Shown in pieces: positions 27,626 through 35,479 of a stretch of DNA of 64,000 nucleotides. The notes beneath the pieces are model-generated. The model saw only the letters and a program-made list of their open reading frames with translations, was not told the DNA's origin and ran no database searches. The position numbers and the translations under genes were made by a program. Numbering within the stretch: the stretch's first letter is position 1; the number at the start of each line of letters is the position of its first letter. The stretch is taken from NCBI GenBank assembly GCA_034664425.1, contig JAXDHR010000075.1, positions 3,362-67,361 on the forward strand, written 5' to 3'. The stretch is from Solirubrobacteraceae bacterium (lineage in GTDB: Bacteria > Actinomycetota > Thermoleophilia > Solirubrobacterales > Solirubrobacteraceae).

Positions 27626-27657
27626 GTTCGCGGGCGGCGCAACTGCCGCCCGCGAAC
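27626..27657. terminator. Bidirectional GC-rich hairpin between convergent genes
   Basis: gTTCGCGGGCGGC-gcaact-GCCGCCCGCGAAc forms a 13-bp perfect stem with a 6-nt loop. It lies in the 45-nt gap between the isochorismatase and hppA stops. U-tracts are weak, as is usual in high-GC actinobacteria. Confidence 0.6.
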
Positions 27658-27669
27658 CACGAGCAGCGC

Positions 27670-29712
27670 CTACGCGATCAGCGGGATGATCAGCAGGGCG
27701 ACGATGTTCGCCACCTTGATCATCGGGTTGATCGCCGGGCCGGCGGTGTCCTTGAACGGGTCGCCGACGGTGTCGCCGGTGACCGACGCGGCGTGGGCCT
27801 CGGAGCCCTTGCCGCCGAACTCGCCGTCCTCGATCAGCTTCTTCGCGTTGTCCCACGCGCCGCCGCCCGAGGTCATCAGCACGGCGAAGAACAGGCCGAC
27901 GACGATGACGCCGATCAGCTCGCCCCCGAGCATCTTGTAGGACAGGATGCCGACCACGACGGTGAAGACGATCGGGATCAGCGACGGGATGATCATCTCG
28001 CGCTGCGCCGTCCGCGTGACGATGTCCACGCAGCGGGCGTAGTCGGGCGTGTCGGTGCCCTCCATGATCCCCGGCTTCTCGCGGAACTGGCGGCGCACCT
28101 CCTCGACCACGGCGCCGCCGGCGCGGCCGACCGCCTCCATCGAGAGCGATGCGAACAAGCAGACCATGAGGCCGCCGATCAGCAGGCCCATGAGCACGAG
28201 CGGGTCGTCGAGCTGGAAGACGACGACCTTGACGTGGAGCTCGGTCGCCAGCTCCTTCTTGAAGGCGGCGAAGAGCACGAGGGCGGCGAGCGCGGCGGAG
28301 CCGATCGCGTAGCCCTTCGTGACCGCCTTGGTCGTGTTGCCGACGGCGTCGAGCGGGTCGGTGACGTTGCGCACGTCCTCGGGCATGTCCGCCATCTCGG
28401 CGATGCCGCCGGCGTTGTCGGTGATCGGCCCGAACGCGTCAAGTGCGACGATCACGCCGCACAGGGAGAGCTGCGACATGACGGCGACGCCGATGCCGTA
28501 GACGCCCGCCAGCTTGTAGGAGACGTAGATGCCGACGACGATCACCAGCGCGGGGAGCGCCGTGGCCTGCAGGCCCTGGGCGAGGCCCTGGATGATGTTC
28601 GTCGCGTGGCCCGTCACCGAGGCGCGGGCCGTCTTCTTGACCGGCGAGAAGCGGGTCGACGTGTAGTAGTCGGTGATCACGAACAGCAGCGCGGTGACGG
28701 CGAGGCCGACGAGCGCGCAGAAGTAGATGTCTCCCCAGCTCGGCGAGGTGCCGCCCCGCAGCCCGTCCATCATCCTGTAGGTCACCGGCAGGATCAGCAG
28801 CGCGGCGATCAAGCCGGCCACGATCATGCCCTGGTAGAGCGCGCGCTCGACGTTGCCGGTCTTGGACTTGACGGCGAACGTGCCGATGATCGACGCCACG
28901 ATCGACACGCCGCCCAGCACGAGCGGGAAGAGCACGACGGACCCGCTGCCGAAGGTCAGGACGCCGAGCAGCATGACGGCGACGGCGGTCACGGCGTAGG
29001 TCTCGAACAGGTCGGCCGCCATGCCGGCGCAGTCGCCGACGTTGTCGCCCACGTTGTCCGCGATCACGGCCGGGTTGCGCGGATCGTCCTCGGGGATGCC
29101 GGCCTCGATCTTGCCGACGATGTCTGCGCCGACGTCGGCGCCCTTGGTGAAGATGCCGCCGCCGAGGCGCGCGAACACCGAGATCAGCGAGCCGCCGAAC
29201 CCGAGTCCGACGAGCGCGTCGACCGCGCTCTTCGTGCTCACGTTGAAGATGAACGTGAGGATCCCGTAGTAGCCCGCGACGGCGAGCAGAGCGAGGCCGA
29301 CGACGAGCATGCCGGTCACGGCCCCGCCCCGGAAGGCGACGTCCAGCGCCGGGCCGATGCCGCCACGGGCCGATTCGGCGACGCGCGCGTTGGCGCGCAC
29401 CGACACGTTCATGCCGATGAAGCCGGCCGATGCGGACGCCAGGCCGCCGATCAGGAAACCGATGGCGACCTCGATGTCCTGCAGGAAGATCAGCGCGATG
29501 AACAGGACGACGCCGACGGCGGCGATCGTCGTGTACTGGCGCCGCAGGTACGCGGACGCGCCCTCCTGCACAGCGGCCGACAGCCGCTGCATGGTCTCGT
29601 TGCCGGGCGAGAGCGCCAGCAGCGACCGGGTCGTGACCAGGCCATACGCGACAGCAAACGCCGCACAGACCAGGGCGACGATCACCCCATGGTGGGACAG
29701 GAATGAGGACAA
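27670..29712 (-). CDS. hppA: Membrane-bound proton-translocating pyrophosphatase
   Basis: 680 aa, about 16 [41 protein letters not shown] and [18 protein letters not shown] signature motifs. TTG start with GGAGGAG 7 nt upstream. Confidence 0.95.
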   Translation of the reverse strand: MSSFLSHHGVIVALVCAAFAVAYGLVTTRSLLALSPGNETMQRLSAAVQEGASAYLRRQYTTIAAVGVVLFIALIFLQDIEVAIGFLIGGLASASAGFIGMNVSVRANARVAESARGGIGPALDVAFRGGAVTGMLVVGLALLAVAGYYGILTFIFNVSTKSAVDALVGLGFGGSLISVFARLGGGIFTKGADVGADIVGKIEAGIPEDDPRNPAVIADNVGDNVGDCAGMAADLFETYAVTAVAVMLLGVLTFGSGSVVLFPLVLGGVSIVASIIGTFAVKSKTGNVERALYQGMIVAGLIAALLILPVTYRMMDGLRGGTSPSWGDIYFCALVGLAVTALLFVITDYYTSTRFSPVKKTARASVTGHATNIIQGLAQGLQATALPALVIVVGIYVSYKLAGVYGIGVAVMSQLSLCGVIVALDAFGPITDNAGGIAEMADMPEDVRNVTDPLDAVGNTTKAVTKGYAIGSAALAALVLFAAFKKELATELHVKVVVFQLDDPLVLMGLLIGGLMVCLFASLSMEAVGRAGGAVVEEVRRQFREKPGIMEGTDTPDYARCVDIVTRTAQREMIIPSLIPIVFTVVVGILSYKMLGGELIGVIVVGLFFAVLMTSGGGAWDNAKKLIEDGEFGGKGSEAHAASVTGDTVGDPFKDTAGPAINPMIKVANIVALLIIPLIA

Positions 29713-29786
29713 CGGAAGACTCCTCCAGCTTCAAGCGCGCGTGGCCTGACCCACTCCCGGCCCGCGACACCCTCTTTGACGTGAGA

Positions 29787-29810
29787 GCGGCAGCCGTGAA
29801 CGGCCGCCGC
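29787..29810 (-). terminator. Hairpin downstream of the DUF1844 gene (candidate operon terminator)
   Basis: GCGGCAGCCG-tgaa-CGGCCGCCGC forms a 10-bp stem with one mismatch, 52 nt past the stop at 29862. No clear U-tract. Confidence 0.35.
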
Positions 29811-29861
29811 CAGGCGCGCGAGTCTAGCGATGCAACCGACGGAACGGCGGAGCGGCGGGAG

Positions 29862-30299
29862 CTACTGCCCGGGGATCCAGAGGCGGCCCGACGACCGCGC
29901 CGGGCCGCGACCCGGCTCCTGCCCGCCTTCGGGCGGCGCCTCGCCTGCGCCCGCGGGCGGCTCGGGCGCCTCGCCGGGCCGGCCGGACTGCTGCACGTAG
30001 GCCATCTGGAGCCGCGAGAGCGCCTCGCGGATCTGGCCCAGCTCGTCGCCGTGACGGGCCTCGAGGAGCGGCAGCAGCGCGCGGGCGCCCTCGATCGCCT
30101 GACGGGTCTGCTCGAGGTCGGCCGCCGGGTCCTCCGGCCCGCCGAGGCCGGCCTTGCGCGCGCCGAGGTTGATCAGCGAGACGAGCGTCTGCAGCAGCAC
30201 GTCGTCGACCGAGATGCGGTCCATCTCCGCTTCGAGGCGGCGCAGCTCCTCCTCGCTGAACTCCGGCTGTCCTTCCGGTGGTGGGCCCTGCGTGCTCAT
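29862..30299 (-). CDS. DUF1844-like protein
   Basis: In-frame ATG at 30299. MSTQGPPPEGQPEFSEEELRRLEAEMDRISVDDVLLQTLVSLINLGARKAGL matches the conserved DUF1844 core as I recall it. ATGA overlap with the upstream gene. Confidence 0.65.
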   Translation of the reverse strand: MSTQGPPPEGQPEFSEEELRRLEAEMDRISVDDVLLQTLVSLINLGARKAGLGGPEDPAADLEQTRQAIEGARALLPLLEARHGDELGQIREALSRLQMAYVQQSGRPGEAPEPPAGAGEAPPEGGQEPGRGPARSSGRLWIPGQ

Positions 30300-31435
30300 G
30301 GAACCGGCTCCTCCGCGGGGTATGTAGCGAGGGTCTCCTTGACGGCGGCGGCGTACACCTCCGCCGGCGTCGCGCCCGTGTCGATCAGCCGCCGCTGGCG
30401 CTGGGCGCCGTTGAGCTCGGGCAGCGCGGGATCCGTACCCGCCCACGCGCGAAGGCGGTCGGCGGCCTCGGCGGCGTCGTACTCCTCGACGCGCTCGGCC
30501 TCGAGGTCGAGCAGGCGCCCGTCCTGCCCGTAGCGGATCGCCCGCCACATGTTCTCCTCGATCAGGCGACCGGGGATCGGCGGCCGGGACGCCGTCTCGC
30601 CGGCGTCGATCTCCTCGAGCGCCCGGCGGCAGCAGGCGACGATCAGCCCGATCAACGCGTCCGCCTCGGTCGCGGTCGTCTGGGCGTCGCAGATGCGCAC
30701 CTCGACGGTGCCGAAGTTGTGGTGCGGGCGCACCGACCACCACAGCTGGGTGAACTCGACGACCGAGTTCGTGCGCACGAGCAGCGCCACGTAGTCGTGC
30801 CAGGCGGCCCAGTCGCCGAACGGCTCGGGGACGCCGCAGCGCGGGAACGACTTCGTGAAGGTCTGCGTGCGCGCGGAGTGCAGCCCGGCGTCGCGGCCGT
30901 CGATGAAGGGCGAGTTCGCCGAGATCGCGAGCAGCATCGGCAGCACGGGCCGCAGGCGGTCGCACAGGGCGACGGCGCGGTCGCCCGTGTGGACGCCGAC
31001 GTGCACCTGCAGCGCGAACGTGTTGTTGCGCCGGGCGACGTACTGCAGGCCGTCCTGGACGCGGCGGTAGTGCTCGGTGTCGATGATCCGCTGCGCCCGG
31101 TAGTCCGAGAACGGGTGGGTCCCGGTCGTGCCGAGCTTGAGGCCGTGGCGGTCGGCGAGCGCGAACAGCCGGTGGCGGGCCTCGCGCTGCTTGGCCAGCG
31201 CGTCGGCGACGTCCTCGCCGCGGCCCGAGCGGATCTCGATCTCCGACGCGATCAGCTCGCCGGAGACGGCGTCGGCGAGGACCGGATCGGCGGCGGCCGC
31301 AGCCTCGAGATCCTCGAAGCGGTCGGTGAGCCCGAGCGTCGCGGGATCGAGGATCGCGTACTCCTCCTCGATGCCCACGGTCAGGTCGGTGGAGGCCTCG
31401 AAGGCCTCGCGGGCGGCGCGGAGGTCGATGGGCAC
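30296..31435 (-). CDS. Carboxylate-amine ligase, glutamate-cysteine ligase family 2 (YbdK-type)
   Basis: 379 aa. Contains GIEEEYAILD, GELIASEIEIRSG, GTHPF, NTFALQVHVGV and LAISANSPF, which are GCS2 hallmarks. Confidence 0.9.
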   Translation of the reverse strand: MPIDLRAAREAFEASTDLTVGIEEEYAILDPATLGLTDRFEDLEAAAAADPVLADAVSGELIASEIEIRSGRGEDVADALAKQREARHRLFALADRHGLKLGTTGTHPFSDYRAQRIIDTEHYRRVQDGLQYVARRNNTFALQVHVGVHTGDRAVALCDRLRPVLPMLLAISANSPFIDGRDAGLHSARTQTFTKSFPRCGVPEPFGDWAAWHDYVALLVRTNSVVEFTQLWWSVRPHHNFGTVEVRICDAQTTATEADALIGLIVACCRRALEEIDAGETASRPPIPGRLIEENMWRAIRYGQDGRLLDLEAERVEEYDAAEAADRLRAWAGTDPALPELNGAQRQRRLIDTGATPAEVYAAAVKETLATYPAEEPVP

Positions 31436-31440
31436 GGGGC

Positions 31441-32127
31441 CTACGTGAGGTAGAAGTACAGGGCGTAGAGGAGGTCGACCGCGGGCGACGAGGTGTGCAC
31501 GGTGACCTCGGGCGGGACCTGCAGCAGCGCCTCGGAGTAGTTGAAGATGATCTTCACGCCCGCGTCGACGAGCCGGTCCGCGAGGCCCTGCGCCGCGGCG
31601 GTCGGGACGGCGATGACGCCGACGACGATGTCCTCTTCCTCGACGAGCGCGCGCAGCTCCTCCATCGGGCGCACGGCGACGCCGTTGATGTCCTCGCCGA
31701 GCTTCGCCGGGTCGGAGTCGAAGATCGCGACGACGCGGAAGCCGTGGTCGGCGAAGATGTCCGAGGACGCGATGGCGCGGCCGAGATGGCCGGCGCCGAA
31801 CAGCGCGATGTTGTGCTGGCCGCTGGTACGCAGGATCTTGCGGATCTGCGAGACCAGCGAGTCGACGTTGTAGCCGACGCCGCGCTTGCCGAACTTGCCG
31901 AAGCCCGACAGGTCGCGACGGATCTGCGTCGAGTTGACGTGCGTGTAGTCCGAGAGCTCCTGGGAGGAGATCGTCTCCTTGCCCATCTTGCGCGCCTGGG
32001 TGAGGACCTGCAGGTAGCGCGACAGGCGCGCGGCCACCCCGAGCGAAAGCCGGTCGGCGACCCCGGCGACGCCGGCGTCGTCGCCCGTCCCCTCCCCGCT
32101 CTGCGTCGCGACATCGCCGAAGCTCAT
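31441..32127 (-). CDS. rex: Redox-sensing transcriptional repressor Rex
   Basis: 228 aa. RLSRYLQVLTQ.., ISSQELSDYTHVNSTQIRRDLSGFGKFGKRGVGY and the Rossmann motif ALFGAGHLGRAI are present. Confidence 0.9.
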   Translation of the reverse strand: MSFGDVATQSGEGTGDDAGVAGVADRLSLGVAARLSRYLQVLTQARKMGKETISSQELSDYTHVNSTQIRRDLSGFGKFGKRGVGYNVDSLVSQIRKILRTSGQHNIALFGAGHLGRAIASSDIFADHGFRVVAIFDSDPAKLGEDINGVAVRPMEELRALVEEEDIVVGVIAVPTAAAQGLADRLVDAGVKIIFNYSEALLQVPPEVTVHTSSPAVDLLYALYFYLT

Positions 32128-32378
32128 GGACCCGAGACGATAGAGCCTCGCAGCCGCGCGAGGAGTGCCCGCTCGTCGACGAAGAAGTCGAACAGCTCCT
32201 CCCCGTCGAGCGCGATCACGGGGATCCGCTCGAGGTAGCGCGCGTGCACGCGCGGGTCCTGCTCGATGTCGACCTCCTCCAGCGCGAACGGCTCGGCGGT
32301 GCGCAGGCGCGCGAGCACGGTGCGCGCCTCATCGCAGAGGTGACACCCCGGCCGGCCGTACAGCGTGACCGTTCTCAC
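32124..32378 (-). CDS. Glutaredoxin-like (DUF836/Grx2-family) protein
   Basis: 84 aa from the in-frame GTG at 32378. VTLYGRPGCHLCDEA carries a CxxC motif. GTGA and ATGA overlaps with both neighbours. Confidence 0.75.
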   Translation of the reverse strand: MRTVTLYGRPGCHLCDEARTVLARLRTAEPFALEEVDIEQDPRVHARYLERIPVIALDGEELFDFFVDERALLARLRGSIVSGP

Positions 32379-33349
32379 CGCGAGGCGTAGGCGTCGAGAT
32401 CCAGGTAGGCCGGGAAGGGGGCGGGCGCCACCCAGCGAGCGGCAGAGCCGATCATCGCCGCGTTGTCGGTGCACAGCTCGGGCGGCGGGATGTGCACGGG
32501 CACGCCGAGAGCGGCGGCGCGCTCGCGCAGCAGCCGGTTGGCGGCGACGCCGCCGCCGATCGCCAGCCGCGGATCCGGCTCGCGGTCCAGCGCGCGCTCG
32601 ACGCGCAGCATCAGCGCCTCGACGATCGCGTGCTCGTAGGACGCGGCGAGGTCGGCGGCGCGCTCGCGCGTCGCCTCGGGACCGAGGTCGCGGACCGCGT
32701 ACAGCAGCGCCGTCTTCAGGCCCGCGAAGGAGAAGTCCAAGCCGGCGACGCGCGCCGCGATCGGGAAGCCGAACGCCGTCCGGTCGCCCTCGAGGGCGAG
32801 CCTCGACAGCGCCGGGCCGCCGGGGTAGCCGAGGCCCAGCAGCCGCGCCCCCTTGTCGAACGCCTCGCCCGCCGCGTCGTCGAGCGTCTGGCCGAGCAGC
32901 TCGTAGCCAGCGTGCTCCTGCACGCGCGCGAGCAACGTATGGCCTCCCGAGGCGATCAGGCACGTGAACGGCGGCTCGATCGGCGCCGGCGCCAGGAAGT
33001 TCGCCGCGACGTGGCCCTGTAGGTGGTCGACGGGCGCGAGCGGCAGCCGCCGGGCGGCGGCGATCCCCTTCGCGGTGGCCACGCCGACCAGCAGCGCGCC
33101 GACCAGCCCTGGCCCCTGCGTGACGGCGACGGTCTCGATCGCGTCGAGGTCGGCGCCGGCCGTGTCGAGCGCGTCGTCGACGACCGCGTTGACCAGCTCG
33201 AGGTGATGGCGGGAGGCGAGCTCGGGGACGACGCCGCCGAAGCGCGCGTGGACGCCCTGGGAGGAGACGACGTTGGACAACGCCTCGCCGTCCGGGCTCA
33301 CGACCGCGGCGCAGGTGTCGTCGCAGCTCGTCTCGATGGCGAGGATCAT
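32375..33349 (-). CDS. tsaD: tRNA N6-adenosine threonylcarbamoyltransferase TsaD
   Basis: 324 aa from the ATG at 33349. MILAIETSCDDTCAAVV, GPGLVGALLVG, HLQGHV and GGGVAANRLLR are present. Confidence 0.95.
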   Translation of the reverse strand: MILAIETSCDDTCAAVVSPDGEALSNVVSSQGVHARFGGVVPELASRHHLELVNAVVDDALDTAGADLDAIETVAVTQGPGLVGALLVGVATAKGIAAARRLPLAPVDHLQGHVAANFLAPAPIEPPFTCLIASGGHTLLARVQEHAGYELLGQTLDDAAGEAFDKGARLLGLGYPGGPALSRLALEGDRTAFGFPIAARVAGLDFSFAGLKTALLYAVRDLGPEATRERAADLAASYEHAIVEALMLRVERALDREPDPRLAIGGGVAANRLLRERAAALGVPVHIPPPELCTDNAAMIGSAARWVAPAPFPAYLDLDAYASR

Positions 33350-33867
33350 CCGAAGCCGGGGACGTCGTCGAGCGAGCCCCGCAGCGTCGCCGGCGTGCGC
33401 CACATGATCACGGCGTCCTCGCCGTTGTCCTGGTAGTAGCGCCGCCGCACGCCGGCCGCGCGGAAGCCGTAGTGCTCGTAGAGGGCGATCGCGCCCGCGT
33501 TGGAGCGCCGTACCTCGAGCGTGATCTGCGCGTAGGCCTGACCTTCGACCGCATCGATGCGGGCGATCAGCGCGTCCAGCAGCGCCGAGGCGATCCCGCG
33601 GCGGCGGCGGTCCGGATCCACGGAGACGTTCATGACGTGCCAGACGGTGTCGTAGCGCGAGCAGATCATGTAGGCGGCCAGCTCGCGCGCGTCTTCCTCG
33701 ACGACCTCGGCGGCGAGGCAGATCCCCGACGGCTTGGACAGCTCGAGCACGAACATCGCGAGCGACCACGGGGTCGTGAACGAGCGCCGCTCGATCGCCA
33801 CCACCTGCGGCAGGTCGGCGTAGGTCAGCCGGCGGATCTCGACGGCGGAGGCGGGAGGAGCGGTCAC
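33346..33867 (-). CDS. rimI: Ribosomal-protein-alanine N-acetyltransferase (GNAT)
   Basis: 173 aa from the GTG at 33867. VDPDRRRRGIASALL (the acetyl-CoA motif), NAGAIALYEHYGF, and its position between tsaB and tsaD. Confidence 0.85.
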   Translation of the reverse strand: MTAPPASAVEIRRLTYADLPQVVAIERRSFTTPWSLAMFVLELSKPSGICLAAEVVEEDARELAAYMICSRYDTVWHVMNVSVDPDRRRRGIASALLDALIARIDAVEGQAYAQITLEVRRSNAGAIALYEHYGFRAAGVRRRYYQDNGEDAVIMWRTPATLRGSLDDVPGFG

Positions 33868-34556
33868 GGCAGTCTGGGCGGCTTGGCGTCGGGTTCGCGC
33901 CGGTAGTCGGGCAGCAGGGCGTCGCGTTGGATGGGCTGCGCCACGGCGCCGAGCCGGCACACCTGCAGCGCGCTGAGGCGGTGCTCCGGCGCGTCCTGCG
34001 GCGGGACGACCGCGCCCGCCACGGCGAGCTCTCCCGCGTAGCGTACCGCCCCGTCGCCGACGGCCAGCGGCGACTGCAGGGCGCCGGCACCGAGCCGCGC
34101 CGCCAGTTCGGCCGGCGCGATCGCCGCGGGCTCGAGCACGGGCTCGCCGTCGCGCCAGGCGGCGGCGAACAGCTCGCCGCGACGCGCGTCGATCGCAGCC
34201 AGGACGGTCCGATCCCCGGCCGTGGCGCGGGCGCCGGCGGCGAGCGCGGCGAGGCTCGAGACGGCGGCGAGCTCGAGCCCGCGGCCCTGCGCGAGCGCGC
34301 GCGCCGTGGCGATCCCGAGCCGCAGCCCGGTGAAGCCGCCGGGGCCGACGCCGACGGCGAGCCGGCCGACGTCCTCCCACGACGCACCGGCAGCCGCCAG
34401 CACCTCCTCGATCAGCGCCAGCAGGCGCGGGCCGTGCGCCGGGCGCCGGCCGCCGTCGGGGTCGTCGCGGCGCTCGAGCCCGCGGCCGCCGGGCGCCCAC
34501 ACGGCGACCGCCGTGCTCGGCGTCGCGGTGTCCATCCCCAGCACGAGCGGGCTCAC
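33864..34556 (-). CDS. tsaB: tRNA threonylcarbamoyladenosine biosynthesis protein TsaB
   Basis: 230 aa from the GTG at 34556. VLGMDTATPSTAVAV and GVGPGGFTGLRLGIATARAL are present. Confidence 0.85.
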   Translation of the reverse strand: MSPLVLGMDTATPSTAVAVWAPGGRGLERRDDPDGGRRPAHGPRLLALIEEVLAAAGASWEDVGRLAVGVGPGGFTGLRLGIATARALAQGRGLELAAVSSLAALAAGARATAGDRTVLAAIDARRGELFAAAWRDGEPVLEPAAIAPAELAARLGAGALQSPLAVGDGAVRYAGELAVAGAVVPPQDAPEHRLSALQVCRLGAVAQPIQRDALLPDYRREPDAKPPRLP

Positions 34557-34993
34557 CGCTCGACCTCGACGCCGCGGCGGTCGCCGCCAAGATGCGAGAG
34601 CCTCACGTGGGCCGCGACGCGTTCGCCCGGCCACGCGCCCGGGCCCTGCTCCGGCCACTCGACGAAGGCGATCGCGTCCGGCGCGAAGAACGGGTCGAGC
34701 AGTCCGGGGTCCTCGTCCTCGATGCTGCCGGCCATCCGGTAGAGGTCGAGGTGCGCGAGCGGGCCGTTCGCGCCCTCGTGCTCGTGCCCGACGACGAAGG
34801 TGGGGCTCGTCACGGGCCCGCTCACGCCGAGCGCGCGCAGCGCTCCGCGCACGAAGGTCGTCTTGCCCGCGCCGAGCTCGCCCGAGACGAGCACGACGTC
34901 GCCCGGCCGCAACTCGGCGGCGAGCCTGGCGCCGGCCGCCTCGGTCGCCTCCGGGCCGTCCGTCTCGCTATGGCGCCCGGATCCGTCGATCAT
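34553..34993 (-). CDS. tsaE: tRNA t6A biosynthesis ATPase TsaE
   Basis: 146 aa. P-loop GELGAGKTTFVRG, then SPTF and HLDLYR. Confidence 0.9.
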   Translation of the reverse strand: MIDGSGRHSETDGPEATEAAGARLAAELRPGDVVLVSGELGAGKTTFVRGALRALGVSGPVTSPTFVVGHEHEGANGPLAHLDLYRMAGSIEDEDPGLLDPFFAPDAIAFVEWPEQGPGAWPGERVAAHVRLSHLGGDRRGVEVER

Positions 34994-35032
34994 CGTGGAC
35001 GACTCGGCGCCGCGAGACTCGGTGGATTCAGG

Positions 35033-35431
35033 CTATTGCTCACGGAGTCGCACGCGCAGCGCGACGCCACCGCCGATGCACAGCGCGCCGGCAAGGGCGA
35101 GCAGGCCGGCGTTGGCGCCGGTGTACGGCAGCTGCCCCGAGCTCGTCGTCACCGGCGCCGCGGCGGTCGCGGTCGGGACCGGGGTCGCGGAGGCGGCTGT
35201 GGCGGTCGGCGCGGCGCTCGTGCTCGGGGCCGTCGACGTGCTGGGAGCGCTCGTGGTGCTGGGCGCTGCGGGGGTCGGCGTCGCGGTGGCATTCCCGTTG
35301 CCGCTGCCGGACTGCCCTGAGCCGAACGGATCGGAGTACTGGTCGTCGCCCGCTCCCTGCGCGAGCGCCGCGGAGGGCAGCGCGAGCACGAGCAGCGCGG
35401 CGGCCAGCGCGATGAAGCGACGGACCGTCAT
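35033..35431 (-). CDS. Secreted Thr/Ala/Pro/Ser-rich protein with LPXTG-type sortase anchor
   Basis: 132 aa from the ATG at 35431. Signal peptide MTVRRFIALAAALLVLALPSAALAQ, a ~70-aa TAPS low-complexity region, LPYTG, a hydrophobic segment and an RVRLREQ tail. Confidence 0.7.
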   Translation of the reverse strand: MTVRRFIALAAALLVLALPSAALAQGAGDDQYSDPFGSGQSGSGNGNATATPTPAAPSTTSAPSTSTAPSTSAAPTATAASATPVPTATAAAPVTTSSGQLPYTGANAGLLALAGALCIGGGVALRVRLREQ

Positions 35432-35439
35432 GGAGCGGC

Positions 35440-35470
35440 AGTGTAACCCCGCCTCCGGTTGAGGTACGGT
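35440..35470. promoter_or_regulatory. Divergent -10-like hexamers for the LPXTG gene (TACACT) and the GT4-flippase gene (TACGGT)
   Basis: The minus-strand TACACT (35445-35440) lies 8 nt before the ATG at 35431. The plus-strand TACGGT (35465-35470) lies 9 nt before the ATG at 35480. The gap is 48 nt with no SD on either side. Confidence 0.35.
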
Positions 35471-35479
35471 GGCGCCCGC

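Noticed and set aside
29713-29861. The 149-nt hppA leader region as a possible riboswitch.
   Set aside because: I could identify only one imperfect hairpin, which more likely terminates the upstream operon, and a strong SD. There are no conserved riboswitch core motifs that I can recognise. It is left unannotated apart from the hairpin.
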